Assembly: GCA_964016885.1 (NCBI GenBank)
Contig: OZ024759.1
Coordinates: 4,898,001-4,962,000, forward strand
Direction: 5' to 3'
Source of the DNA: Eledone cirrhosa
Taxonomy: Eukaryota
DNA length: 64,000 nucleotides
A program made the position numbers and the translations under genes. The notes beneath the pieces were generated by a model. It ran no database searches. It saw only the letters and a list, made by a program, of their open reading frames with translations, and had not been told where the DNA came from. This document shows positions 52,710-64,000 of the stretch, piece by piece; the stretch's first letter is position 1; each line of letters begins with the position of its first letter.

Positions 52710-53020
52710 ATATTAACTAATTATATTAACTAATTATATTGACTAATTATATTAACTAATTATATAGACTAATTATATTAACTAATTATATTGACTAATT
52801 ATATAGACTAATTATATTAACTAATTATATTGACTAATTATATTGACTAATTATATTGACTAATTATATTGACTAATAATATTGACTAATTATATTGACT
52901 AATTATATTGACTAATAATATTGACTAATTATATTGACTAATAATATTGACTAATAATATTGACTAATTATATTGACTAATTATATTGACTAATAATATT
53001 GACTAATTATATGAACTAAT
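52710..53020. repeat. 14-bp minisatellite
   Basis: TATATTGACTAATT-type units. Confidence 0.9.
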
Positions 53021-53204
53021 AATTGTTTCTACGTAAGGCACAAGGCCAGCAATTACACAGTACATTACTGGTACTTTATTTTATCGACCCCGTAAGGATG
53101 AAAGGCAAAGTCAACCTCGGCGGGATTTGAACTCAGATCGTAAAGGGACGTAACTGGGTTCAAATCCTACTGAAGTTATAGCTCTGGCTTTCATCCTAAC
53201 AAGG

Positions 53205-53382
53205 TTGATAAAGTAAAGTACCAGTAACGTACTGGGGTTGATAAAGTAAAGTACCAGTAATGTACTGGGGTTGATAAAGTAAAGTACCAGTAACGTACTG
53301 GGGTTGATAAAGTAAAGTACCAGTAATGTACTGGGGTTGATAAAGTACCAGTAACGTACTGGGGTTGATAAAATAAAGTACC
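53205..53382 (+). repeat. 33-bp-class short array from the family B SINE core, about 5 copies
   Basis: Repeated GGGGTTGATAAAGTAAAGTACCAGTAACGTACT following a SINE head at about 53155-53205. Confidence 0.8.
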
Positions 53383-53425
53383 TGGACTGGTGAGAGATAA
53401 AAGCTGAGATATGAAAATAACTAAC

Positions 53426-53563
53426 CTTTCTGACAACTGTTTCCTTCATAACCTGGAGCACATCTACCCCTTGAACAGATCCCTAATTCCACATTACACC
53501 TGTTGTTATCTTCACAATGACACACCTGATCACAGTTGGCACCAAGTCTTCCACTACTGCACA
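53426..53563 (-). CDS. EGF-repeat gene exon 3
   Basis: 138 bp: VCSSGRLGANCDQVCHCEDNNRCNVELGICSRGRCAPGYEGNSCQK; donor GTTAGT. Confidence 0.9.
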
Positions 53564-53590
53564 CTGTAACAGGAAAACATTGGTGTAGAT

Positions 53591-54317
53591 CAGGGATTGG
53601 CAACTTCTTTGCCTCCACGGGCCGGACGAATGCCATAAAAGAATAATTATGGAAAATTACACAAGCTAAAATTTAATCTCGAGTGTTGACTATACTATTC
53701 ATTTCTCAAATCTTGAATTATATTCACAAATACCTCTGAATCCTGTGATTTCCCTCCTTGAAATGATGGAAAATGCACAATTTTTATTTCAAAGTTGATG
53801 TTCCCACAACTGTAGCTTTTTTTCAAAGACAACAATATGGTTATACATTTCATTTACGAGCTGAGTTTTACCTTGAAGTTGTAAATTTAAGTTATTTAAC
53901 CCTTTAGCACTTACATTATTCTATATTTACTATTGTAGTTTCACAGTAAACACTTTATCTTATATAGTTATCTCACATAATATTGAATCTATGAGATTTT
54001 GATATTATTTATTTTGAGAAGAATACCTTAACGTCAGTATGAGTGGCTAGTTACAGCCGGTTTGAACAGAAAAAAGTGAGAGATTTCTGGCCGGATATGG
54101 CCGGTTTAAATGCTAAAGGGTTAAACGAGTCACAATATCCTCAATAAATACCAAAGTTGTAACAGCAGGCCTTTTATTGTATTCGAAAGGCTCGTCTCTC
54201 ATGTTACAATAAATTTAAATTTTAAATAAACAACTCATTGGGCATAAGTTCTTGCAGGCTGGTCGAAATCCTTTCCTGAGCTGGACCGGCCTGTGCGCCA
54301 TAAGTAGCCAACCCCTG
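53591..54317. mobile_element. hAT-like MITE containing a nested piggyBac-type MITE
   Basis: CAGGGATTGGCAACTT ... AAGTAGCCAACCCCTG termini; nested TTAA element at 53896-54124. Confidence 0.6.
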
Positions 54318-54435
54318 CTGTAGGGTAATGTCTTGTGATGGTAATGGTGGTACTGGTGGTAGTAGTGGGAATATTGCACCGGACAATTCTCGTTTCATTT
54401 TCTTCCAATTTTCTCTGTTGCTCCATGTTCATCAC

Positions 54436-55925
54436 TCATGTCTCACTCCTATAAATCATGTCACTTCTAACACATGTAGCAAACATCTTTCCCTTCCATG
54501 TCTCACTCCTATAAATCATATCACTTCTAACACATGTAGCAAACATCTTTCCCTTCCATGTCTCACTCCTATAAATCATATTACTTTTAACACATGTAGC
54601 AAACATCTTTCCCTTCCATGTCTCACTCCTATAAATCATGTCACTTCTAACACATGTAGCAAACATCTTTCCCTTCCATGTCTCACTCCTATAAATCATA
54701 TCACTTCTAACACATGTAGCAAACATCTTTCCCTTCCATGTCTCACTCCTATAAATCATGTCACTTCTAACACATGTAGCAAACATCTTTCCCTTCCATG
54801 TCTCACTCCTATAAATCATGTCACTTCTAACACATGTAGCAAACATCTTTCCCTTCCATGTCTCACTCCTATAAATCATATCACTTCTAACACATGTAGC
54901 AAACATCTTTCCCTTCCATGTCTCACTCCTATAAATCATGTCACTTCTAACATATGTAGCAAACATCTTTCCCTTCCATGTCTCACTCCTATAAATCATG
55001 TCACTTCTAACACATGTAGCAAACATCTTTCCCTTCATGTCTCACTCCTATAAATCATGTCACTTCTAACATATGTAGCAAACATCTTTCCCTTCCATGT
55101 CTCACTCCTATAAATCATGTCACTTCTAACACATGTAGCAAACATCTTTCCCTTCCATGTCTCACTCCTATAAATCATGTCACTTCTAACACATGTAGCA
55201 AACATATTTCCCTTCCATGCCTCACTCCTATAAATTATGTCACTTCTAACACATGTAGCAAACATCTTTCCCTTCCATGTCTCACTCCTATAAATCATGT
55301 CACTTCTAACACATGTAGCAAACATCTTTCCCTTCCATGTCTCACTCCTATAAATCATGTCACTTCTAACATATGTAGCAAACATCTTTCCCTTCCATGC
55401 CTCACTCCTATAAATCATGTCACTTCTAACACATGTAGCAAACATCTTTCCCTTCCATGTCTCACTCCTATAAATCATGTCACTTCTAACACATGTAGCA
55501 AACATCTTTCCCTTCCATGTCTCACTCCTATAAATCATGTCACTTCTAACACATGTAGCAAACATCTTTCCCTTCCATGTCTCACTCCTATAAATCATGT
55601 CACTTCTAACATATGTAGCAAACATCTTTCCCTTCCATGCCTCACTCCTATAAATCATGTCACTTCTAACACATGTAGCAAACATCTTTCCCTTCCATGT
55701 CTCACTCCTATAAATCATGTCACTTCTAACACATGTAGCAAACATCTTTCCCTTCCATGTCTCACTCCTATAAATCATGTCACTTCTAACACATGAAGCA
55801 AACATCTTTCCCTTCCATGTCTCACTCCTATAAATCATGTCACTTCTAACACATGTAGCAAACATCTTTCCCTTCCATGTCTCACTCCTATAAATTATGT
55901 CTCTTTTTAAGCATGTATCATACAT
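54436..55925 (-). repeat. 60-bp array, about 24 copies, derived from RTE RT coding sequence
   Basis: The unit translates KGKMFATCVRSDMIYRSETW versus RTE KGRLYDACIRTAMLHGSETW. Single-copy versions at about 56710-56830 and 57630-57695. Confidence 0.9.
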
Positions 55926-55989
55926 ATCTCTCCTCCATGTGATGTCTCAATATATTATTTTAGAAACAAAGCTACACTACACCACTTAC

Positions 55990-56127
55990 CTGTCTGACAG
56001 TTGCTACCTTCATAACCAGCAGCACATCCGCCACTAGAACACACACCTGTCTGTTTGTTACACCTGCTGTTATCTGCACAGTGACATGTATATTTACAGT
56101 TGGGTCCAAATTTACCTGTTTTACACC
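55990..56127 (-). CDS. EGF-repeat gene exon 2 (absent from the ORF track)
   Basis: 138 bp: GCKTGKFGPNCKYTCHCADNSRCNKQTGVCSSGGCAAGYEGSNCQT; acceptor TTTTCAG, donor GTAAGT. Confidence 0.9.
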
Positions 56128-56319
56128 CTGAAAATAAAATATGAAAGTCTAAATATATTTATTAATTTACATTAATTTCTGATAGTTTCATATTTTACAT
56201 GGCGGACATTATCAGAGTTTTTGATGAACAGTATGGTTTTCATCCTGGACGTAGCAGAGCTGCATGATTAAATAATTAGCTCGAAACCAGTATCACACTG
56301 ATGATGACATCATATCACC

Positions 56320-56501
56320 TGCTGATGATGTTTCTCATGGATAAGATGAAAGCTTTTTCACAAATGGGATCCTAGCACTGCAACACCAATGGAGAAAGGG
56401 TGTGGACCGCAGGGGGGACTATTTGCAAAAATAAACCTCATTTGGTCACATTGCATGAGAGTAACTTGTTCAACCTAAGAACTATTCAGAAGAGCCTTGT
56501 A
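56320..56501 (+). mobile_element. mariner transposase C-terminal fragment with 3' end
   Basis: DESFFTNGILALQHQWRKGVDRRGDY-like translation, ending ...CCTTG-TA. Confidence 0.65.
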
Positions 56502-56514
56502 TTACACCACTTAG

Positions 56515-56651
56515 CTGTCTGACAGTTGCTACCTTCATAACCAGCAGCACATCCTCCACTGGAACACACACCTGTCTGTTTGTTACACCTGTTGTTGTCA
56601 GCACAGTGACAAATATTGCCATAGTTGGGCCAAATTTACCTGTTTTACACC
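56515..56651 (-). pseudogene. Dead duplicate of exon 2
   Basis: 137 bp (1-bp deletion), one Cys to Tyr change, and donor GTAAGT mutated to CTAAGT. Confidence 0.85.
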
Positions 56652-56903
56652 CTGAAAATAAAAATATGGAATGTTCTGCATGAGTAAGGGGTTAATGGAC
56701 AGCTTCTTGCTCCTATAAATCATGTCACCTCTAACACATGTAGCATACATCTTGCCTTTCCATTCTCTTCAGCTTCTCCTGTAGCTCCATCTTCATCACT
56801 CAGTATGTAGCATATATCTTTCCCTTCCATGCGATGCAAACTTGTTACAAACATTTTCTTTCCATGCGATGTCCCAATATACTAAGTTACAAACAAAGCT
56901 TAC

Positions 56904-57023
56904 CTGTCTGACAGTTGCTACCTTCATAACCAGCAGCACATCCTCCACTGGAACACACACCTGCTGTTGTCAGAACAGTGACATGTGTTGCCACAGTTGG
57001 GTCCAATTTACCTGTTTTACACC
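56904..57023 (-). CDS. Exon 2 duplicate with compensating 1-bp and 17-bp deletions (in-frame, 120 bp); may be a pseudo-exon
   Basis: GCKTGKLDPTVATHVTVLTTAGVCSSGGCAAGYEGSNCQT; acceptor TTTTCAG and donor GTAAGC are intact. Confidence 0.45.
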
Positions 57024-57229
57024 CTGAAAATAAAATATGGAAGTCTAAATATATTTGACAATTCACATTAATTTCTGATAGTCTCATATTTTAAATGGTG
57101 GACATTATCCTAATTCTGTAAAATTGAGATAAGAAAGATTGCTCCAATTAAAGAAGGAACTCCTTGTTAAACCTTCCTGATAAAGTTTATGATAAATGTC
57201 TGACAAAGAGAGATTGTTGTGTTCAAGTT

Positions 57230-57430
57230 AGCTGATGGACAATGTGGTTTTACCCTGGATGCAGTAAAGCTGACCAAATATTCACAGTGAGGTAGGTCTT
57301 TGATAAATCATGGGATTACTGCCAAGAGATGTATTCCTGTTTTGCAGACATCAAAAAGGCTTATGACAGTATTTTACAGGATCAGATGTGGAATGTTCTG
57401 AATGACTATGGGGTCGATGGACACATCCCG
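57230..57430 (+). mobile_element. LINE RT fragment
   Basis: QCGF... and FADIKKAYDSILQDQMWNVLNDYGVDG. Confidence 0.7.
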
Positions 57431-57745
57431 GCTCCAATAAATTAGTCATCCCCATTTTTCCTCAACACATGATCCAGCATATCCTTTCATTTCTCTTCAT
57501 AAATATTATTGACACTATTTACATCAATCTCTGCAAAATATTGATTTCCTGCCTCTTTCATGGGGATATTTCACCGGACCATTCTCATTTCAAGTCTCCT
57601 CTGCTTTCTCTGTTGTTCCATCTTCATCAATCATGTCTCACTCTTAAAAATAATGTCACTTCTAACACATGTAGCATACATTTTTCCCTTCCATGTGATG
57701 TCTCAATATATTAAGTTAGAAACCAAGCTATACTACACCACTTAC

Positions 57746-58948
57746 CTGTCTGACAGTTTCTATCTTCATAACCAGCACCACACCTGTCTGACAGTTGCTA
57801 CCTTCATAACCAGCACCACACCTGTCTGACAGTTGCTACCTTCATAACCAGCACCACACCTGTCTGACAGTTGTTACCTTTATAACCAGCACCACACCTG
57901 TCTGACAGTTTCTATCTTCATAACCAGCACCACACCTGTCTGACAGTTGCTACCTTCATAACCAGCACCACGCCTGTCTGACAGTTGCTACCTTCATAAC
58001 CAGCACCACACCTGTCTGACAGTTGTTACCTTTATAACCAGCACCACACCTGTCTGACAGTTGCTACCTTCATAACCAACACCACACCTGTCTGACAGTT
58101 GTTACCTTCATAACCAGCACCACACCTGTCTGACAGTTGCTACCTTCATAACCAGCACCACACCTGTCTGACAGTTGTTACCTTTATAACCAGCACCACA
58201 CCTGTCTGACAGTTGTTACCTTCATAACCAGCACCACACCTGTCTGACAGTTGTTACCTTTATAACCAGCACCACACCTGTCTGACAGTTGCTACCTTCA
58301 TAACCAACACCACACCTGTCTGACAGTTGTTACCTTTATAACCAGCACCACACCTGTCTGACAGTTGCTACCTTCATAACCAGCACCACACCTGTCTGAC
58401 AGTTGTTACCTTCATAACCAGCACCACACCTGTCTGACAGTTGTTACCTTTATAACCAGCACCACACCTGTCTGACAGTTGTTACCTTCATAACCAGCAC
58501 CACACCTGTCTGACAGTTGTTACCTTTATAACCAGCACCACACCTGTCTGACAGTTGTTACCTTCATAACCAGCACCACACCTGTCTGACAGTTGTTACC
58601 TTTATAACCAGCACCACACCTGTCTGACAGTTGTTACCTTCATAACCAGCACCACACCTGTCTGACAGTTGTTACCTTTATAACCAGCACCACACCTGTC
58701 TGACAGTTGCTACCTTCATAACCAGCACCACACCTGTCTGACAGTTGCTATCTTCATAACCAGCACCACACCTGTCTGACAGCTGATACCTTTATAACAA
58801 GCACCACACCTCCACTACAACACACACCTGTCTGACAGCTGATACCTTTATAACTAGCACCACACCTCCACTACAACACACACCTGTCTGACAGTTGATA
58901 CCTTTATAACAAGCATCACACCTCCATTACAACACCCACCTGTCTGAC
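57746..58948 (-). repeat. Exon-end-derived array: about 27 x 38 bp plus 3 x 56 bp
   Basis: 38-bp unit TGGTGCTGGTTATGAAGGTAGCAACTGTCAGACAGGTG (GAGYEGSNCQT plus GT). The array ends in an authentic ACAG|GTAAGT donor at 57746. Confidence 0.95.
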
Positions 58949-58959
58949 ACCTGTCTGTT

Positions 58960-59135
58960 TCCATTACTCCTCTCACAGAGTCACTTTCATCCATCCTCAA
59001 CACATGACCCAACCATCTCACACCATTTCTTTTCACAACATTCATCAGTCGTCCTATCCCCATCATCCTTTTTAAATCATCTTTCAGCAGCCCTCAACTA
59101 ATCCACTCGATCATTCTCATTTCCATTCTTTCCAT
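58960..59135 (-). mobile_element. LINE 3' ORF fragment
   Basis: NGVRWLGHVLRMDESDSVRGVM. Confidence 0.7.
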
Positions 59136-60512
59136 AATTATTTAAATCTTGTGACTTAAATATTTTTCATATTTCAAAATAATCAATTAAACTTTAAATT
59201 GATTTTAAAAAGGTTTTTTTTCTTTACTTTTTAAAATATTTATTGAAGTGAAATATTAATTTCTAACATAATCACATGACTTGACATTTGAAGTGATGGG
59301 GTGGGGGCTTAAAGTAATACTACCTAGTATTTTACTGGTACTTAATTAATCAACCCTGACAGTAGTGATGGATAAACCATTAAGCAAAATAATCACATGT
59401 TTAGGGTAACAAGGGAAAAGGGGTAAATTTTAATTAAATTAAACATATTTTTCATTCTGTCAACACCTTCCATCCAATTTTCTTCCAGAAGTTATTTATG
59501 AGGTGAGGGGTGGTGGGGGATGCACACCATCATCCTTAACCCTTTAGTATTTACATTACCCTATAAATACTATTATATTTTCACGGTAAGGGCTTTATCT
59601 CTCATAATTATCTCGCATAATATTGAATCTATGAGATTTTGATATTATTTATTTTGAGAACAATACCTTGCTTTGCGGCACAGAGTTACTGCCCTTTGCG
59701 TTCTGAGTTCAAAACCCGCTGAGGTTTGCTTTGCCTTTCATCCTTACGGGGTCGATAAAATAAAGTACCAGTCACGCACTGGGGTCAATTAAATCGACTT
59801 TCCCCTGAAGTAAAAATTTCAATCTACACTTCGACAATGCTGTTTATTTTAACCCTTTAGTATTTACATTACTCTGTATTTACTATTATATTTTCACAGT
59901 AAAGTCTTGTGGAGACACTGCACCCTTTAAAACCTCCATGCTTCCTGAGATTCGCCAACACTGCACCTAATATTCCCCCTCCATACACGCGCACATATGT
60001 ATATCATGACTCACACTATTCACTTCCCTGACATTTGTATAAAATAAAGTACCAGTAATGTACTGGGTAATTTGCTGGCCTTGTGCCAAATGTAAAAACA
60101 ATAATATTGAATCTATGAAATGTTTATATTATTTATTTAGAGAACAATACCTTCACATCGATATGCTAAAGGGTTAAACTTGTTAGGGCTTCAAAAGAAC
60201 TTTATGAGACCCTGCACAGAAAAGTGAAAGACAAAGTCAACCATGGCAAGATTTGAACTCAGAATAGAATGGTGGTGGTGGTGGTAGTGGTGGTAGTGGT
60301 GTTAGTGGCAGTGGTGGCTGGTGGTGGTGGTTGGTAGTGGTTGTGGAGGTGGTGGGGTTGTGGGTGAGGTGGTGGTGGTTGCAGTGGGAGTTGTGGTGGT
60401 TGATAGTGATGTTGGGTAGTGGTTGCGGTTGTGGTTGTGGTAGTGGTGGTAGTAGTGATGATGATGATAATAACAATGATGATATTTATGATGATGATAG
60501 TACACCACTTAC

Positions 60513-60650
60513 CTGTCTGACAGTTGCCACCTTCATATCCAGGAGCACATCCTCCATTAGAGCAGCTACCAGTCTGTGGCTTACATTTACTCTTGTCAGC
60601 ACAATGACACATGTTTCGACAGTTTGGTCCAAATTTTCCTCTCTTACATC
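60513..60650 (-). CDS. EGF-repeat gene exon 1 in window
   Basis: 138 bp: CKRGKFGPNCRNMCHCADKSKCKPQTGSCSNGGCAPGYEGGNCQT; acceptor GATTTGTAG, donor GTAAGT. Confidence 0.9.
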
Positions 60651-62020
60651 CTACAAATCAATCAATAACAAATATATATTTTGGTGTGTATTTGTGTGGC
60701 CTTGTGGTAAGGGTGTTGGACTTACAATCATAATGTCGTGAGTTCTATTCCTCAACTAGGTTGTGTGTTGTGTTCTTGAGCAAAAGTATTTCCATTCATG
60801 TTGCTCCAGTATAATAATAATTGTTTCTACTTTTGACACAAGGCCAGCAATTACCCAGTACATTACTGGTACTTTATTTTATCGACCCCGTAAGGATGAA
60901 AGGCAAAGTTAACCTTGGTGGGATTTGAACTCAGATCATAAAGGGACGTAACTCTATGCTTCAAAGCATGGCGTCCGACTCTCTACCAATACTGACAATC
61001 CACCGCTCCAGTATAATAATAATAATAGTGAAATTATTGTGTACAGTGCTCAGGTGCACTATAAATCATCAAAGGTGCATGTAAAGCACATAGAATAATG
61101 AACAAATGTCAGGAAAATGAACAGTGTATGAGTCATGATAAACATATGTACGTGTGTATGGAGGAGGGATATCAGGTGTAGTGTTGGCGAATTTCAGGAA
61201 GCTTGGAGATCAGTGCCAGTAATAGCTGGTGATTTAACCTTGGGATGGACTGGTGCCCTGTCCAGGGGAAGTTTTGTATTTTAAGTCACTTCATGCCATA
61301 GATAGCACTGGCCTGATGACCCTCAGCACTCGAGACACACTTTAGACATTTTTTTGTTTTTGTATATTCAACAGCCCAGTCCTTCTAACTGTCAGTAGGT
61401 ATCACACTGAGCAGAGTCCACTGTATTCCCCACACCTGGACAGGATGCTAGTCCATTGCATGGTATTTCACTGCTATATTATTCTATCTACTCCAAAAGT
61501 ATGACAGAAAAAGTTGATTTTGGTGGGATTTGAATACCGTTTTAAAAAAGAACTCAAAATCACAACCCATTAAAACCTTTAGAATTAAAACCGGTTATAT
61601 CCGGCCGGAATTCTCACACTTCTTTCTGTTCAAACCAGCCATAACTGGCTGCTCATACTTATGTTAAGGTATTGTTCTCAAAATAGATATTATCAAAATC
61701 TCATAGATTTGATATTATGTGAGATAATTATATGAGATAAAGCCTTTACTGTGAAAATATAATAGTGTATATGAAGTAGTGTAAATGCTAAAGGGTTAAT
61801 CTGTAACTCTACTGCCCCTGCTACTCACATCTTCCTCATGATCAACATTTAACATTCACTTCCCCTGTAACCAAGAGTGGGATGTGTCAACAGAGACCGA
61901 CTCAGAACTTAATCGGAGCTACTGACCTCTCAGATGTTACTGATACATTTCATCATGACTGAAGAGGACATTCATCCATTTGTCTGGTAGATTCTCTAAA
62001 GAAATAGAACTACAAAAGAG

Positions 62021-64000
62021 CACACACGTGTCTGACAGGTGCTACCTTATAACCAGGACCACACCATCTACTGTAACACACCTGTCTGATAGGTGATACC
62101 TTATAACCAGGACCACACCATCTACTGTAACACACCTGTCTGACAGGTGCTACCTTATAACCAGGACCACACCATCTACTGTAACACACCTGTCTGATAG
62201 ATGATACCTTATAACCAGGACCACACCATCTACTGGAACACACCTGTCTGACAGGTGCTACCTTATAACCAGGACCACACCATCTACTGTAACACACCTG
62301 TCTGATAGATGATACCTTATAACCAGGACCACACCATCTACTGTAACACACATGTCTGACAGGTGCTACCTTATAACCAGGACCACATCATCTACTGTAA
62401 CACACCTGTCTGATAGATGATACCTTATAAACAGGACCACACCATCTACTGTAACACACCTGTCTGACAGGTGCTACCTTATAACCAGGATCACACCATC
62501 TACTGTAACACACCTGTCTGACAGGTGCTACCATATAACCAGTAGCACACCATCTACTGGAACACACGTGTCTGACAGGTGCTACCTTATAACCAGGACC
62601 ACACCATCTACTGTAACACACCTGTCTGACAGGTGCTACCTTATAACCAGGACCAGACCTTCTACTGTAACACACCTGTCTGACAGGTGCTACCTTATAA
62701 CCAGGACCACACCATCTACTGTAACACACCTGTCTGACAGGTGCTACCTTATAACCAGGACCACACCATCTACTGTATCACACATGTCTGATAGCTGCTA
62801 CCTTATAACCAGGACCACACCATCTACTGTAACACACCTGTCTGACAGCTGCTACCATATAACCAGGACCACACCATCTACTGTAACACACCTGTCTGAT
62901 AGATGATACCTTATAACCAGGACCACACCATCTACTGTAACACACCTGTCTGACAGGTGCTACCTTATAACCAGGACCACACCTTCTACTGTAACACACC
63001 TGTCTGACAGGTGCTACCTTATAACCAGGACCACACCATCTACTGTAACACACCTATCTGACAGGTGCTACCTTATAACCAGGACCACACCTTCTACTGT
63101 AACACACCTGTCTGACAGGTGCTACCTTATAACCAGGACCACACCATCTTCTGTAACACACCTGTCTGACAGCTGCTACCATATAACCAGGACCACACCA
63201 TCTACTGTAACACACCTGTCTGATAGCTCCTACCTTATAACCAGGACCACACTATCTACTGTAACACACTTGTCTGACAGGTGCTACCTTATAACCAGGA
63301 CCACACCATCTACTGTAACACACCTGTCTGATAGATGATACCTTATAACCAGGACCACACCATCTACTGGAACACACCTGTCTGACAGGTGCTACCTTAT
63401 AACCAGGACCACACCATCTACTGTAACACACCTGTCTGATAGATGATACCTTATAACCAGGACCACACCATCTACTGTAACACACATGTCTGACAGGTGC
63501 TACCTTATAACCAGGACCACATCATCTACTGTAACACACCTGTCTGATAGATGATACCTTATAAACAGGACCACACCATCTACTGTAACACACCTGTCTG
63601 ACAGGTGCTACCATATAACCAGGATCACACCATCTACTGTAACACACCTGTCTGACAGCTGCTACCATATAACCAGTACCACACCATCTACTGGAACACA
63701 CGTGTCTGACAGGTGCTACCTTATAACCAGGACCACACCATCTACTGTAACACACCTGTCTGACAGCTGCTACCTTATAACCAGGACCACACCATCTACT
63801 GGAACACACCTGTCTGACAGGTGCTACCTTATAACCAGGACCACACCATCTACTGTAACACACCTGTCTGATAGATGATACCTTATAACCAGGACCACAC
63901 CATCTACTGGAACACACCTGTCTGACAGGTGCTACCTTATAACCAGGACCACACCATCTACTGTAACACACCTGTCTGATAGATGATACCTTATAACCAG
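62021..64000 (-). repeat. Exon-end-derived 54-bp array, more than 36 copies, running off the window
   Basis: Unit TGTTACAGTAGATGGTGTGGTCCTGGTTATAAGGTAGCACCTGTCAGACAGGTG, homologous to the exon segment CSSGGCAPGYEGSNCQTG. Confidence 0.95.

Noticed and set aside
56255-56335. GAGCT..AGCTC-GAAAC followed by CTGATGA as a hammerhead
   Set aside because: Elements are in an order that leaves no stem I, and the 5' GAGCT belongs to a LINE fragment also present at about 57265.
60237-60508. Pro/Thr/His-rich extension after exon 1
   Set aside because: (GGT)n/(GAT)n microsatellite downstream of a strong GTAAGT donor, so intronic.

Overview
Eukaryotic, AT-rich and repeat-dense DNA. The SINE/RTE repertoire, C2H2 zinc-finger style and microsatellite load suggest an octopus or other coleoid cephalopod (inference). 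The main host gene lies on the minus strand (about 60650 down to 34254, probably entering from beyond the window end). It has 11 intact 138-bp phase-1 exons, each encoding one 8-cysteine laminin-type EGF repeat of the MEGF10/11-SREC-CED-1 class, plus young duplicated exons: one dead, one frameshift-compensated and one partial. The 3' end and splice donor of that exon unit has been amplified into tandem arrays of 57, 56, 38 and 54 bp. SINE and LINE sequences have also expanded in place into 39-61 bp arrays. Other content: a C2H2-ZNF pseudogene, a near-complete RepHel Helitron followed by two head-to-tail non-autonomous Helitrons, a GC-rich near-full-length RTE LINE, many RTE/CR1/Tx1 fragments, a Ty3/gypsy integrase remnant, mariner/hAT/piggyBac-type MITEs, a 5S rRNA fragment, several spacerless palindromes, and two candidate minimal type I hammerhead ribozymes with covarying stems. 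All calls were made by eye. Repeat boundaries are approximate and no database search was run.
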